Shown here piece after piece: positions 36,601 through 46,800 of a DNA stretch of 55,314 bases. Below the pieces are notes generated by a model. It saw nothing but the letters and a program-made list of their open reading frames with translations. It did no database searches and was not told the origin of the DNA. The position numbers and the translations under genes are program-made. The DNA comes from a virus. Its lineage: Duplodnaviria > Caudoviricetes. The stretch is taken from positions 1 through 55,314 of the IMG/VR virus record IMGVR_UViG_3300034073_001667. One strand, 5' to 3'. The first letter of the stretch is position 1. Each line of letters starts with the position of its first letter.

Positions 36601-39600
36601 TCGTAGTTTATCTGTGAGGCTTGGAACCCAAGCTGCACTTTCTCTTTCGATGAGCTGTCTAATAGTTCATCGTATGGCTTGTTTGCCCGACGAGAAGATG
36701 ACTCTGATAGTTCTGAGTCTAGAGCGTTATTACGCTCATCAAGAATTTCTAAGGCTTGGTTGAGAAGCTTAAGCGCACCTTCCCTTCCATCTCCTTCGTA
36801 GCGTTTGGAATCCCGCGCTTCTTGAAGAATTCGTCCATAATAGTCCTCGGACTCTCTGTCTGAGTTGGGGAACTTGATTTCTGCTTCATAGTACTTGATT
36901 GATTTTTCATCGATTAGGTTGTTTTCTTGAGCAAATGTAAGTAGATTATCTAAATTATCACGCAACTGATCCATAGAAATTTCTTCGCTAGGAATCATTG
37001 CAAGGCTAAATGACTTGTCAGATACCACATACGTGAATCCACCACCAAATCCGTAATCGTTAAGTGCGTTGATAATTTGCTTTGCAGATGCGTCGCTCTT
37101 AGCGTTAAATGTTACCTCACTTCCTTCTGCTCCAGACTTGTATTCCACAAGCATAACTCCGTTTTGGAAGTCTTCCTTCTTTACGGGTGCCATAATACCA
37201 GCAACGGCAGACATAGCAAGGATGTCTTCCTTGTTGCCAGCAATAGCAGGGCGCATTGATACCTCCTGAGTAACAGAGTTTAACTCGGAGTCGTACCAGC
37301 CGCCAATAGTCTTTTCGATTCCGTATACTTGAACATCGAACTTTTTTGCGATGTCCCTAAATCCCTTAACAAAGCGCTCAAATGATGGCCTCTTATACTC
37401 ATCGCGAGCCTCAGATATCTCGTTAACGTACTTAGCACGATATGGGGCAATGCCTACAATAGACTTGACAATATTGTTGTTAATCTCAAGGTTGTTTGCT
37501 GATGCACCACCAGTAACGACAGCACGTGCAGCACGAATCTTAATTCGCTTCTTAAGCTCTGGGTCGCCCTTCTCTTCAGCCATCTTAGAACGATAATCGC
37601 CAAAGACATTTCGTACGTCTACAAACTCATTAAGAATCTTTAGGTCCTTGAATCCAGTGATAATCCAAGGGTATGCAGGGTGAACCTTAGCGCCTTCAAT
37701 TGTACGAGAATCTTTGACCTCCACCTTCTTTGGGTCAAACTCAAGGACAGCAACAATGTCACCGTACTGCGCATTCGCAAGCAGGGGCTCATTGACGTAG
37801 TCTAAGATAGTTTCAATTCTAGGCAAACCAAATCGCTTGTTGGCCTCTGCAGAAAACAGAGCCTCATTGAACTCTGCACGAACTTCATATCCAACCTTCT
37901 TTGGACCATCGTTTGGCATAAGGTTCTTAAGTTCGGACAGCTTCTTGATTTGAAGTGGCAAACCTTTCTCCTCTAGCGCTGACTGAATTGGTTTTTTCTT
38001 TAACTTGGAGTTGATATACTCAACAAGTTCAGCCTCAGTAGCACGCTTGTCCTTAACAGCCTTATTAACCTCCTCAAGCATATAGCCCCAGAACTGGAAG
38101 TTGCCACGGATTCCACGGCTGTCCTGAGACATAAGCAATACTCGTCCATCAAACTTCTTGAGCTTGCTCAATATCTTCTTTGCTGTTTTTTCGTCGGTGA
38201 ATGCCCAACCTCCTTCTCCGAGGAGCGGGTAAAATACGCCGCCATCAAACGTATATGCAACACCTGTTGGTGACTTTATAATACCAGTAACAGCAAGGTC
38301 CATAGCGTACGTTATAGCAGGTTTGCCAACGTACTCCGAAAGGTCAGCGTACTTAATTTTATTCTTATCAAAGGTGCGCTCCACATAGGATGCATCCTTT
38401 CCTTGTCTAGACTTAGATTCTTGAATCTGTGGGATTGCATTGACTACTTCAGACTCTAATCCAGTGTATGTTTGGTCGTCAATTACTGACTCGAACAAAG
38501 CACCAGAGAACGAGTTCATAAAGTCGATAAACTCACCACGGCTGTTGATCTTAAGACTTGGTGCAATCTTACCAATAAAGTTGTTAAGCCACTGGATAAG
38601 CTTGTCCATTGTAGACTTGCTGATTCTCTCTCCAGATGTAGATATGAATCCAGCAACCTGAGCCATAAACTCCTCTGGCGTTTCTTTCGCTGTATACTCA
38701 CCTGCTTTAACAAATGATTCAGCGGCATCAGCCAACAATTGGTCCTGCTCTGATCCGTTACGAAGTATTTTTAATAACCCTGAGTAGAAATCCTCTGCTG
38801 ATTTTTGACGAGCCTTCTGACTTCCTTTCGCAAAACGATTTACAAAAGCTGCGTGGAATACTTCGTGAAAAGGAACAACAGCATCCATATCTTCAAGGTT
38901 GATGTGGATTTCATTTCGTGAAGGAATGAATCGTCCACTCTCTACGCCAGCTTCATCAAGGCTGGCCTTAGATACTGCACTAACGTTTTCGTTATATTCT
39001 TTTCTGCTGTTGTGAGTGATGATGGTAACAGGAAGCCCAAGACGCTTTGCTAAGCGATCAGCTTGAGATACAGCTTCTGTGACTTCAGCCTCACTTAAGT
39101 TTTTTCTGTTCTTAGGTTTCTCTTCCTTGATTGTTTCAACTACCTCTTCCTCTACAGCTTCAGTCGGAAGAACAACCCTAGCCCCTCTTCTCTCTGGTCG
39201 CTCAGCAACTGGAACACGCTCTTTAGTTGTAACATCACGAGTAACAGTTTCGTACTCCTGCATCCAGATTACTTCTGGTACATCTCCGATTTCCTTTTTG
39301 CGTGCATCAATGGCGATATCTAACGCAAGTTCTGGACGATTTACTACCTCGACGCGTAGTGGGGAAATGTCTTGGCCCTTTGGCGTCTTTGGACGCATAA
39401 CAACTCCTGTAACGTTCCCAGCGTCGTCAAGGATTGACTCCACATACTCAAGACCCAAGATATTGTCAGCAACTTTTGGCTGTCGTCCAACCTCTTGCTT
39501 TGTGGTCTTATCATATGTTACAACATCAATCGATCCATCGTCTTGTGTCTCAATTACAGATGTTTGGTTGTCTGCCTCAGTTCCTACAGCGACCTCAAGA

Positions 39601-41561
39601 TTGTCTAACCTTTCGAAGAGGCGGAACTTTCCGCGTCGGACTTCTGGCTCGACAACCGTGCGGCTACCCGCTCGAGGAGCTCCAACTGGGACTTCTTCGG
39701 TAACTTGTTCAGTTGTAGTAATTGTTCTGTTGTCATAGTATTCTATATCGTCAAATTTATCTTCTAGCGTTTGAATGTACGCAGTCTTTACATCGTCTGC
39801 AATGTCAAGAGACTCTACCTCGTCAATTGCATCTAAGATTTGCTGTTGTGCATTTGTCGCCTCAGCATTGTCTACCTCTTGTCCTTCGGCTATTTTTTTG
39901 AAGACTTCTTGCTGCTCAAGTACTTGAAGAACTCGACCTGCTTCAGGCGACGTTCCGCTTGCGACTTGGACAGGCTCGGCTTCGACAACGGCTTCCCCTT
40001 CGACGACAGGACTTGGTACCCTGACTTCTTCTTGACTATCATACTCGTATACTTTAATGTTTGGATCGTACTTGGATTCAATCTTTGTCTTCTCAGAGTA
40101 AAGCTGTTTTACCTTCTCTTGAAGCGCATCCTTTGCTTGATCGCTGTTAAGCTCAGGGTAAATCAACTGAGCCATAGACAGCTGTTGATTTAGTGAAATA
40201 ACATTGTCGCGATCTTCCTCGCTGAACTCTTCGTAGAATGATGCAAGATTGTTTTCTACTTGCTTAAGTTCTGCAAGCTTGTTTATGATTTGACCCCTTA
40301 CAACAGATTTCTCTGATGCGTTAGTGTTGGGGTCTTGGTGAACGTCATATAGGTTATTTATCTCTTCTGAGATGTTTCGACGCTTGTTGATGTCTTTTGC
40401 TGTTCCAATAGCACTTGGTCCCTTTGAAAGAAGTGTTATCGGAGAACCAATTGCAGAACCAAGAATGAATGCGTCAGCCATCCCATAGATGTTCTTCTTT
40501 GAAAGCATATCCTCACCATATACAAGCGCATCAAGTGCGTTGCTTGAAATCTCAACAGCAAGTTCTTCTATGCCCTCTTGAAAACCTTCGGTTGCTACAT
40601 CTTTGCCTACTTGCTTAGCGGCTTGAAGCGTCGGGCGAGTAGACTTTGCAATGTCAGACACTAAACCTTTACGGAATCCTCCACGAATCAAGTCATCAAC
40701 GCTAGTGCGGAACAAAAGTTCAGATGCAATCTCACCAGTGCCCTTATATGTAGCAACAGCTAAATTTGATATAACGTCAACCCAATCCTCTTCTGGATTC
40801 TTTTCTGCAGACTCTAGATATGCTTGACCTGCCGCTGACAAACCAAGTGGTACCATAGGTGCAACATCTTCAGCTATTGTCTTTACAAGCTTTGTGCGAG
40901 GAGTAAGGATGGCTCCAGTCCTAAGTCCAGCTGCAGTAGCACCCTCGGCTGCCATAGCTGAACGACCAATGGCCCCAAGTGCAATCATCTGCGGAAGTTG
41001 ATACGCAGCCTCAAACGCCAATAGCTTAGCGCCCTCAGATGGGCTCTCTTGAAATGCCTCTACTATTCCCTTATTTGCGGATTCGGGTCCTACATATGCA
41101 GCCTTAAGGCTGTTTTTATTTTCCTTAAGTGGTTCGAGCAGCTTTGCTGAGTTGGAAGAAAAATAGTTGGTGTTGCTGCCGAGCAATGTCGCCTCTACAA
41201 CTCTGTTTAGAAATGTGTTTGCAGAAACGACACCTTCTGCAATAGATCCACCGACTAAAGAACCTAAGTCCTTGAATTTTTGTAGTGGATCACCAACCGC
41301 CCTCTTTACTGCGGCCTCAGGATCGAAGCCAACCTTATCACTAACTGATGTATCCGATGCAGAAGGTTTTTCCGAAGAGCTTGAAACGGATGCCTCTGAA
41401 GGTTCTTTTTTTTTTACGTCAAAATCTACTTGATTAGCATAGATTGGATATTTGTCGACCATCTTGCTTACCAACAGTGAGTCATCAACGTCAGCGTATT
41501 GTGGATACTTTGACTTTACCTTAGCCGCAAATTCAGCTACTGATAACTTAGGTTCTGGCAT
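33690..41561 (-). CDS. Large polyvalent internal virion/ejection protein (zincin HExxH, XRE-HTH, C-terminal LPD38)
   Basis: 2623 aa. HEVFH at ~38853-38867; HTH at 36057-36245; VNFNKSG..YLFFNASVQG..YSKIPDFEKERN..YVKIPLPYG. Confidence 0.8.
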   Translation of the reverse strand: MPEPKLSVAEFAAKVKSKYPQYADVDDSLLVSKMVDKYPIYANQVDFDVKKKEPSEASVSSSSEKPSASDTSVSDKVGFDPEAAVKRAVGDPLQKFKDLGSLVGGSIAEGVVSANTFLNRVVEATLLGSNTNYFSSNSAKLLEPLKENKNSLKAAYVGPESANKGIVEAFQESPSEGAKLLAFEAAYQLPQMIALGAIGRSAMAAEGATAAGLRTGAILTPRTKLVKTIAEDVAPMVPLGLSAAGQAYLESAEKNPEEDWVDVISNLAVATYKGTGEIASELLFRTSVDDLIRGGFRKGLVSDIAKSTRPTLQAAKQVGKDVATEGFQEGIEELAVEISSNALDALVYGEDMLSKKNIYGMADAFILGSAIGSPITLLSKGPSAIGTAKDINKRRNISEEINNLYDVHQDPNTNASEKSVVRGQIINKLAELKQVENNLASFYEEFSEEDRDNVISLNQQLSMAQLIYPELNSDQAKDALQEKVKQLYSEKTKIESKYDPNIKVYEYDSQEEVRVPSPVVEGEAVVEAEPVQVASGTSPEAGRVLQVLEQQEVFKKIAEGQEVDNAEATNAQQQILDAIDEVESLDIADDVKTAYIQTLEDKFDDIEYYDNRTITTTEQVTEEVPVGAPRAGSRTVVEPEVRRGKFRLFERLDNLEVAVGTEADNQTSVIETQDDGSIDVVTYDKTTKQEVGRQPKVADNILGLEYVESILDDAGNVTGVVMRPKTPKGQDISPLRVEVVNRPELALDIAIDARKKEIGDVPEVIWMQEYETVTRDVTTKERVPVAERPERRGARVVLPTEAVEEEVVETIKEEKPKNRKNLSEAEVTEAVSQADRLAKRLGLPVTIITHNSRKEYNENVSAVSKASLDEAGVESGRFIPSRNEIHINLEDMDAVVPFHEVFHAAFVNRFAKGSQKARQKSAEDFYSGLLKILRNGSEQDQLLADAAESFVKAGEYTAKETPEEFMAQVAGFISTSGERISKSTMDKLIQWLNNFIGKIAPSLKINSRGEFIDFMNSFSGALFESVIDDQTYTGLESEVVNAIPQIQESKSRQGKDASYVERTFDKNKIKYADLSEYVGKPAITYAMDLAVTGIIKSPTGVAYTFDGGVFYPLLGEGGWAFTDEKTAKKILSKLKKFDGRVLLMSQDSRGIRGNFQFWGYMLEEVNKAVKDKRATEAELVEYINSKLKKKPIQSALEEKGLPLQIKKLSELKNLMPNDGPKKVGYEVRAEFNEALFSAEANKRFGLPRIETILDYVNEPLLANAQYGDIVAVLEFDPKKVEVKDSRTIEGAKVHPAYPWIITGFKDLKILNEFVDVRNVFGDYRSKMAEEKGDPELKKRIKIRAARAVVTGGASANNLEINNNIVKSIVGIAPYRAKYVNEISEARDEYKRPSFERFVKGFRDIAKKFDVQVYGIEKTIGGWYDSELNSVTQEVSMRPAIAGNKEDILAMSAVAGIMAPVKKEDFQNGVMLVEYKSGAEGSEVTFNAKSDASAKQIINALNDYGFGGGFTYVVSDKSFSLAMIPSEEISMDQLRDNLDNLLTFAQENNLIDEKSIKYYEAEIKFPNSDRESEDYYGRILQEARDSKRYEGDGREGALKLLNQALEILDERNNALDSELSESSSRRANKPYDELLDSSSKEKVQLGFQASQINYDIEDQLADSKSWQQRDRTPMERYTDLARIAIQDRLYGVIQLQEDVEYSTGKPVGLDQDFRNAEVLMHGKAANDIAESTKKAEDVVASVKKAGVTLEEFDNLLYALHAQERNRYIRVQRTDIAESITDLRKKNNLKPSEAAQLAGIDLETYRELEAGTAKGGISTKELNDILSIYGLTPNQFFTQYTRENAGSGMTDAEAQAILNSYGLDSYNPNINSLKPALRDAVKGTQEIIADTRSRMFDFGLETFDTLLAFEDTYKYYVPLRGFEGEDSASEIIGGGRGLEVRGREKRAMGRKSKADSPFLNAVAQNQSTIIRARKNEVAQKLYKLAKENPNDDIWKVIDPSVNKEYKKKATTKGIKDVAKTISDYVLDDRNFAVRIDGEYKFVQFADPKLAEALRGTNVVKADFLVQSLGRFNRLLSSFITTYDPEFVLRNFSRDIQVAVVNAVSEQEIEGGILKGKNITSKIVKSVFPSIKAIFKMSGKDAQATNEFERYYSEFIEDGAKTEWFYSKSVDELRKDVDKLMSGKGDGALQAAGNFVERINTSVENGVRLAAYIESRKAGLAREKAAELAKGLTVNFNKSGSIGPVANSLYLFFNASVQGTSRLVRSLKPQFKKNDDGTRSLQVTNAQKIAISMFVAGSIMSVINELISDDDEDDKSFYSKIPDFEKERNIIIMAPNGKDYVKIPLPYGLNVFYVAGNAMADAGQGIKSVGEVASNIFEAAIGSFSPINFPSSEDLSSWLIKFVTPTIGQIPLSLALNEDYFGRTIYNENFPTDPTPKPESELGRKGATPQSVWIAKQLNKLTGGSEFRSGIVDINPDKIDFVLETLSGGAGRFGLRTTESVGNLVTGNWDQMESNQVPFARVFYGQPRKFVDLQSYFDRRIEVNQFMDEAKSNKLEPKDASKVRSMYVVSKSVDAALRNIRKMEKAAENIKDENTKEDRLLELERMRYAQLAKFQKAYENYKINEL
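39890..40042 (-). CDS. Overprinted small basic protein (50 aa) inside the giant gene
   Basis: MIVKKKSGYQVLSSKGKPLSKPSLSKSQAERRLKQVEFFKYLSSKKSSKK. Confidence 0.5.
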   Translation of the reverse strand: MIVKKKSGYQVLSSKGKPLSKPSLSKSQAERRLKQVEFFKYLSSKKSSKK

Positions 41562-41571
41562 ATCTTAACGT

Positions 41572-42825
41572 TTAAAGGCCGAGTCCAAGAGGATCACTTC
41601 CTGATTGCGAAGGTACGGCATTTTGTTGAACTGGTCCCCCAATGTAGGCGTCATATGCGCCAAACGTTTGCTGACGAAGATTTGAAACATCTACATCCCC
41701 AGCACGAACAGTCGACTCTACTATTTGAGTCTTAGGTATTGGGTTAGCTGCAGTTGGCTCTGGTGTTATCCTTTCCCGAACAGTAACTACATTTTGACCG
41801 CCAAGATTTCCGAATCCAACAATATCTCTATTGTTTGATGTCTTAACTGGTTTATTATCAATTCGATACATAATACCACCAGCCTGTCCACCTACATTTA
41901 TTGGTTTTAGGTCAAGGTACTCTTTAGGTATTTTTGTTTTTGATTCTTGCTGCAGCTTCTTGAGTTCAAGATTAATCTTTTGCTGTTGGAGTCGCATCTC
42001 TGCAGGGTTCACACCCATACGCGGTATAATTGCCATAAATGCATCAACAGCATCGTTGCTGAATTTACCAGCAAGACGATCACGCTGTGGCGCAAACTGT
42101 TCAGTATCAATAATATCTAAATCTGTACGGCTTGTAATCTGTCCATTGCGACCAATTGTCCCCTCGCGTACACCCTCGTATACAATAGCATTCTTTACTT
42201 GGTTCGGGTCAATGTACCGAGCCTCCATAAAGTTCATCATATATTCACGAGCCTTTTTCTGATCAATGGTTCCATCAGGGCGGATGTAGTCATTGATGTT
42301 TTTGCGAAAGTTGTTAGCGGCTTCATCAGCAATTTGTGTTGGGCTCTGCATATCGTACTTGTAGCGAGGCAACAAAGTAAACGGATTCGCCGCTAGCGAC
42401 ATAATCTGATTGGCGTCACGCTTTGTAGAGCGCTCACGATTGAACAAGTCAATGGCTTCCTGTCCACTAACGCCAAACTTGTCTGGCTCTGTGTTGTATG
42501 CTGACCACTGCTGACGGTAATTGTCGGCCAAGAACTGAGCTGTTCCTGCAATCTCGTTGTATGCAGCATTTGCCTCACGAACCTTACGGCGTAGCTCTAC
42601 GTTGTCTGGGTCACGAGCTAAATCTTTTAGCGCCTTCTCTACCCCGGTGTATGCTGTTTGAACAGCTTCCTTGTCTCCGTCTAGATACGTGCCAGCCTTC
42701 TTGTCAAACTGAGACGACCACTCGTCGAACTGCAGTTGCTTCTGGCGTTCACGTTCGTTAAGGTTGTACTGAAGCTCTGCGAAGTTTGGCAGGTTTACTA
42801 CGCCACTCGGTATTAGTTTCGCCAT
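41572..42825 (-). CDS. Probable internal virion/ejection protein
   Basis: 417 aa, helical; middle gene of a three-gene ejection-like block. Confidence 0.6.
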   Translation of the reverse strand: MAKLIPSGVVNLPNFAELQYNLNERERQKQLQFDEWSSQFDKKAGTYLDGDKEAVQTAYTGVEKALKDLARDPDNVELRRKVREANAAYNEIAGTAQFLADNYRQQWSAYNTEPDKFGVSGQEAIDLFNRERSTKRDANQIMSLAANPFTLLPRYKYDMQSPTQIADEAANNFRKNINDYIRPDGTIDQKKAREYMMNFMEARYIDPNQVKNAIVYEGVREGTIGRNGQITSRTDLDIIDTEQFAPQRDRLAGKFSNDAVDAFMAIIPRMGVNPAEMRLQQQKINLELKKLQQESKTKIPKEYLDLKPINVGGQAGGIMYRIDNKPVKTSNNRDIVGFGNLGGQNVVTVRERITPEPTAANPIPKTQIVESTVRAGDVDVSNLRQQTFGAYDAYIGGPVQQNAVPSQSGSDPLGLGL

Positions 42826-43808
42826 TACTTCTGCTTATTGAATTTCTTTAACAGACTACGGAAGTAAGCACTCTCCTTGCTGAGTTTCTTTTGTTGCGAT
42901 GGATTGAGAATCACCTCTCCGCCAGTCATCTCTCCAACCTTACGTCCCTTCTGAACGATATCGATAGGATTGGTTTTGTGGTCAAACTTACCCCCAGTAA
43001 TCATACCACCATCCTTTAGTTGAGATGGAAGTTGAAACAGTCTGCTTCCGAGATTAAATTCCTCTTCTTCTGGTGCGAGTATATTCGCAACCTTAGATCT
43101 ACTTGCTGCAAGGAGCGGAACTTGGTCTTCGTCAAGCTGACCCTGAAGGTCAACTAAGCTTTCTCCAATTTTATTACGCTCTCTTTGCGTCTTGTTCAAA
43201 GACCTCATAGTTTCTTTCCGAATAGTAGCCTCGGAGTTTGGTGAAACTTCTTTTGCTACGTCCTTAGCTGTACTGCCTAAACCGCTGTAAATAGCAGCTG
43301 AACCAATCTGACCAAGTCCACCAGCAACATTTTGCAGTCCGCCTTCGATTGCAGATTGAGCAGCGCCACGCTCCATCATCTCACGCTGGAACTCACGACC
43401 AATCTCGCGCTCAGATGCAGCACCAGCAACTCCAAGTGCCTGCATTGTGTCTGCCTGACGCTTGGCAAGGATGTCCATCGCTCCGACGTCAGCAGCACGA
43501 AGCATACCCGGAAGTGCGCCAACAACTGCACGACCACCAGCTCCTTGAGCGGCAGCAATACCAGTTCCAATTGCACGATTAAGTTCCTCCAAACGCTTTT
43601 GCTCTAAGTCCGCATTACGTGCCTGCTTTAGCAACTCTGCGTATTCAGAAGGACGGGCAGTAGATGCCTCCTTGATTCGGCTAGCGGCAGCTTGACCTGC
43701 GAGCATTTGTCCAGCACCAAGTGCCGACTGAAGGGCTCCTAAAGCGCCAGCGGCAACGAAGCCTCCAACAGCATATTTTTTGGGTTCTTTACTCTTCTTT
43801 GGTCGCAT
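42825..43808 (-). CDS. Probable internal virion/ejection protein (Gly/Ala-rich)
   Basis: Hydrophobic G/A segments; KYAVGG N-terminus; TACCTTTG 4 nt upstream of the ATG. Confidence 0.65.
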   Translation of the reverse strand: MRPKKSKEPKKYAVGGFVAAGALGALQSALGAGQMLAGQAAASRIKEASTARPSEYAELLKQARNADLEQKRLEELNRAIGTGIAAAQGAGGRAVVGALPGMLRAADVGAMDILAKRQADTMQALGVAGAASEREIGREFQREMMERGAAQSAIEGGLQNVAGGLGQIGSAAIYSGLGSTAKDVAKEVSPNSEATIRKETMRSLNKTQRERNKIGESLVDLQGQLDEDQVPLLAASRSKVANILAPEEEEFNLGSRLFQLPSQLKDGGMITGGKFDHKTNPIDIVQKGRKVGEMTGGEVILNPSQQKKLSKESAYFRSLLKKFNKQK

Positions 43809-43824
43809 ATTACAAAGGTACTAA

Positions 43825-46800
43825 TTATTGTCCCAGTTCGTTGTGTAGATTACTTTTTGCAAAAACCATATTAACAGCATACAATTCAATCTCAGAGGTT
43901 GAGCTGTTGGTTAGTTTTACCTTAGCGTAGTAGTCTCGAATCTGATCGCCTTCGATGGCTCCGTTTCCGATGACTACAATCGTGTCTCCGTTGTTTACAC
44001 CAGTGACGCTTCCACTGGCAGTGATTTGCTTGTCTCCGCTAATTGATGAAACAGTGAGAGACAACGAAACAAGCGTTGCCCCGCTTACCTTGTAAAGACT
44101 TCCACCCATCGGGAATGGAACGTCTCCAACGGGAGTGGTGAACGTGATGGTTGAACCGCTAACTCCTCCAGTCGCTACATTGCCCAACACAAACACCTCA
44201 GAGCTTCCGCTAAGTGCAGTGATGGTTGCTGTTCCTGTGTTCGCGCTAGAGTCACGTGGCACATAGGCGTACCAGTTGCGCTCTCGCTGGCTAAAATCAG
44301 CAGCAAGGATAGAGGTGGACTGGTCTGTGTTTGACACCTCAGCAGCCCAAGCATTTGTCCCCTCGAGGCTGATGGCCTCGTAAGACTTAACCATAGATGG
44401 GTTCTGATTGCTAATCACCTCTACAACAGAGTTGTATGGGTTGCCGTAGTACGTTGCCCTGTTTGCAGTATCAGAGTGCTTGTACATAATGCCCGCAAAG
44501 AACGTAAACAGCGTGTCGTCTACAGAGACAATTGACTCTGGTCGGTATGAGTAGAATGTATTCCAAACGTTGTTTGTTACATCGTACGAAACAGTAAAGT
44601 CATTGTCTAGATTCGTTGGTAATCCAATTGATGCGCTGTAGCTTTCACAATCATTAACGAAAGAAAACTCACCAGTAGAAATGTTTAAAGAAATAGTAAC
44701 AAAGAAGTCGTAGTTTGTGTTGGTGGCCACCCCATAGATGGTCCCACTCTGACCGAGATATTCCTCGCCAACATAAGCAGGCTGCCCATCGATGATTTTG
44801 TCTAGGAATACGATAGCATTTAAGCTGTCGTCGAACTCATCACAGATGTCTTCAAACTCACGAATCTCAGTAGAGAATGTAAACAAGTCATCGTCGTCAA
44901 ACTCTAGGCCAACAATAACTTGGGTGCCAGCAGAATTAGTTTGAGCATTGTAAACAAAAGTGCTTGCCCCATCGGTCACTGTAATTTCAGCATTATTGAT
45001 AGCATCAACAGAGACAATGTATTCGTCTGCCTCAATGTCAACACCTGCAATTACCTTTTGGCTCGAGGTGTTGTTGGTAATGAATCGGAAATTATCCTTA
45101 AAGAACGCGTCCATAAACTCTTCACTGATGAGGCTAATTCCATCACGAGAGATGCGAACAATCTTTCCAGTCCGCACATCAGCGAAGTATATACGCCCAC
45201 GATCAACAGCAAGAGACTCTGGGTTGTCGTTGATTCCGTAGTCGCCAAGGTAGTAGTTCGGTACGCCCACGACAGAGCGTGACAATGCTAGGCTTTGAGC
45301 GCCGTCTGTTGACTCAATGATGTTTCGACCTATTGGTGCCCATCCAGACTTTCTTTCTTGGACAATGTAAACCCTATCGTCGTCTCCAACTAGCTGTTTA
45401 ATTGTTCCGTGTTGGTAGTCGAAGTCGTAGAAGTTAGCGAGTGATGGGTTGAAACTAGAAAGACCCAAGTACTTGCTGTCGATGATGAACGCATCAGAGT
45501 ATGTGACAGAGCCTTTGCGGAATACCGTCTTCGCCTCTGGCTGAACTACGTGTGGTCGACCTACTGAGGTGGACTTTGAAGAGAAGAAGTCACTTGCGGA
45601 GTAGTCCTCAATGAATAAGAAGTTGTAGTTGTTTGCATACGCCTTATCTCCAACTTTCAATAGACGCGGCCTGTAGTATACGTCGCCTTGAGAGAACTGA
45701 ACAACAGCATCAGAGCTGTTTGTAATATTTAATGTGTATGTGGTGGCTGAGAAACTCCCGGATATCGTAGAAGCATAGAACACGTAGTTGTACGGGCCAT
45801 TAACTTCTTGGTATACGTTCTTTACAATTAATGTGCGTCCCGAGCCGTCCGTCAAGATGTCCCCCTTGTACGCAATGATGTTGGAGTGGACCTCAAGATT
45901 GTTTCTATCGCTGTCGTCAACAACATCTACACTAAACGAACTAATAGTAGTGCGCTGTCCTTGGTGTACCCCATTTACAACAGCAAACGACTCTCCAATC
46001 TCATAGAAAATCTGTTCGCTAGATGGTTTGTTTTCTCTATAGATTTCAATGACACATTCATCTTTCCAATTATCAGTCTGACTAATGATGCTGTAGTTGT
46101 CCCAGCCTAATAGGTCCACGGCTTTAATTGCTAAAAACTTACCCGTAGTGTTAAACGTTTCTTCGTCGCTAGTTAGGTCTAGTATTGGGTTAGTGTCAAT
46201 GTCATTAATGAACTCAAAATATCCAACAACATCAACATTAATCTCAGATCGCTGTAAAGCCCCATATTGGATTATTCGAAGTCTGTCCCCTTGTTGGTAT
46301 ACATACTCCAAGTTTGCACCATACGATTCTTTGTATGAATCGCTTTTCCCCTCAAGTGAGCGAAGAGACAAGTATGTAACTTCCTCAAATGAAGATACGC
46401 CAGAAAAAGGCTTTGCCTTAAGATTTGTAGCGGTATAAGCCCCGATTATAGAGTACTGAAGTTTATTGGTTATGCTGTTGATTGGTGCATAAACTGGAGC
46501 CCAACGAACAGCCCAAGAAGGGGCCGTATGCTTGACTCGAAACACAGAATCAACTCGACCATACAAATTGTTTTCTACAGCACGATTGTCGTACCAGTTC
46601 ACGTACATATCAGGAACAGTCTGTACCCCTCCGTTACGATTGAATTGATCGTAGTATACAATACCGAAAGAGTGGGTTGCTCCAGCTTTAAATGTACCAT
46701 ATCCATTCACATCACCGCTAGACAGAAATGATGCATCTACATACTCAGCATTAGTGACATCATCGGGCAACGTCAAGAACGTAGACAACATAACACTAAT

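Noticed and set aside
36749-36838. Second short alternative-frame ORF in the giant gene (MDEFFKKRG..., 29 aa)
   Set aside because: Too short and has no recognisable motif.
39079-39738. 219-aa plus-strand ORF and similar antisense ORFs across the structural region
   Set aside because: Ser/Thr-rich shadows of strongly coding minus-strand genes.
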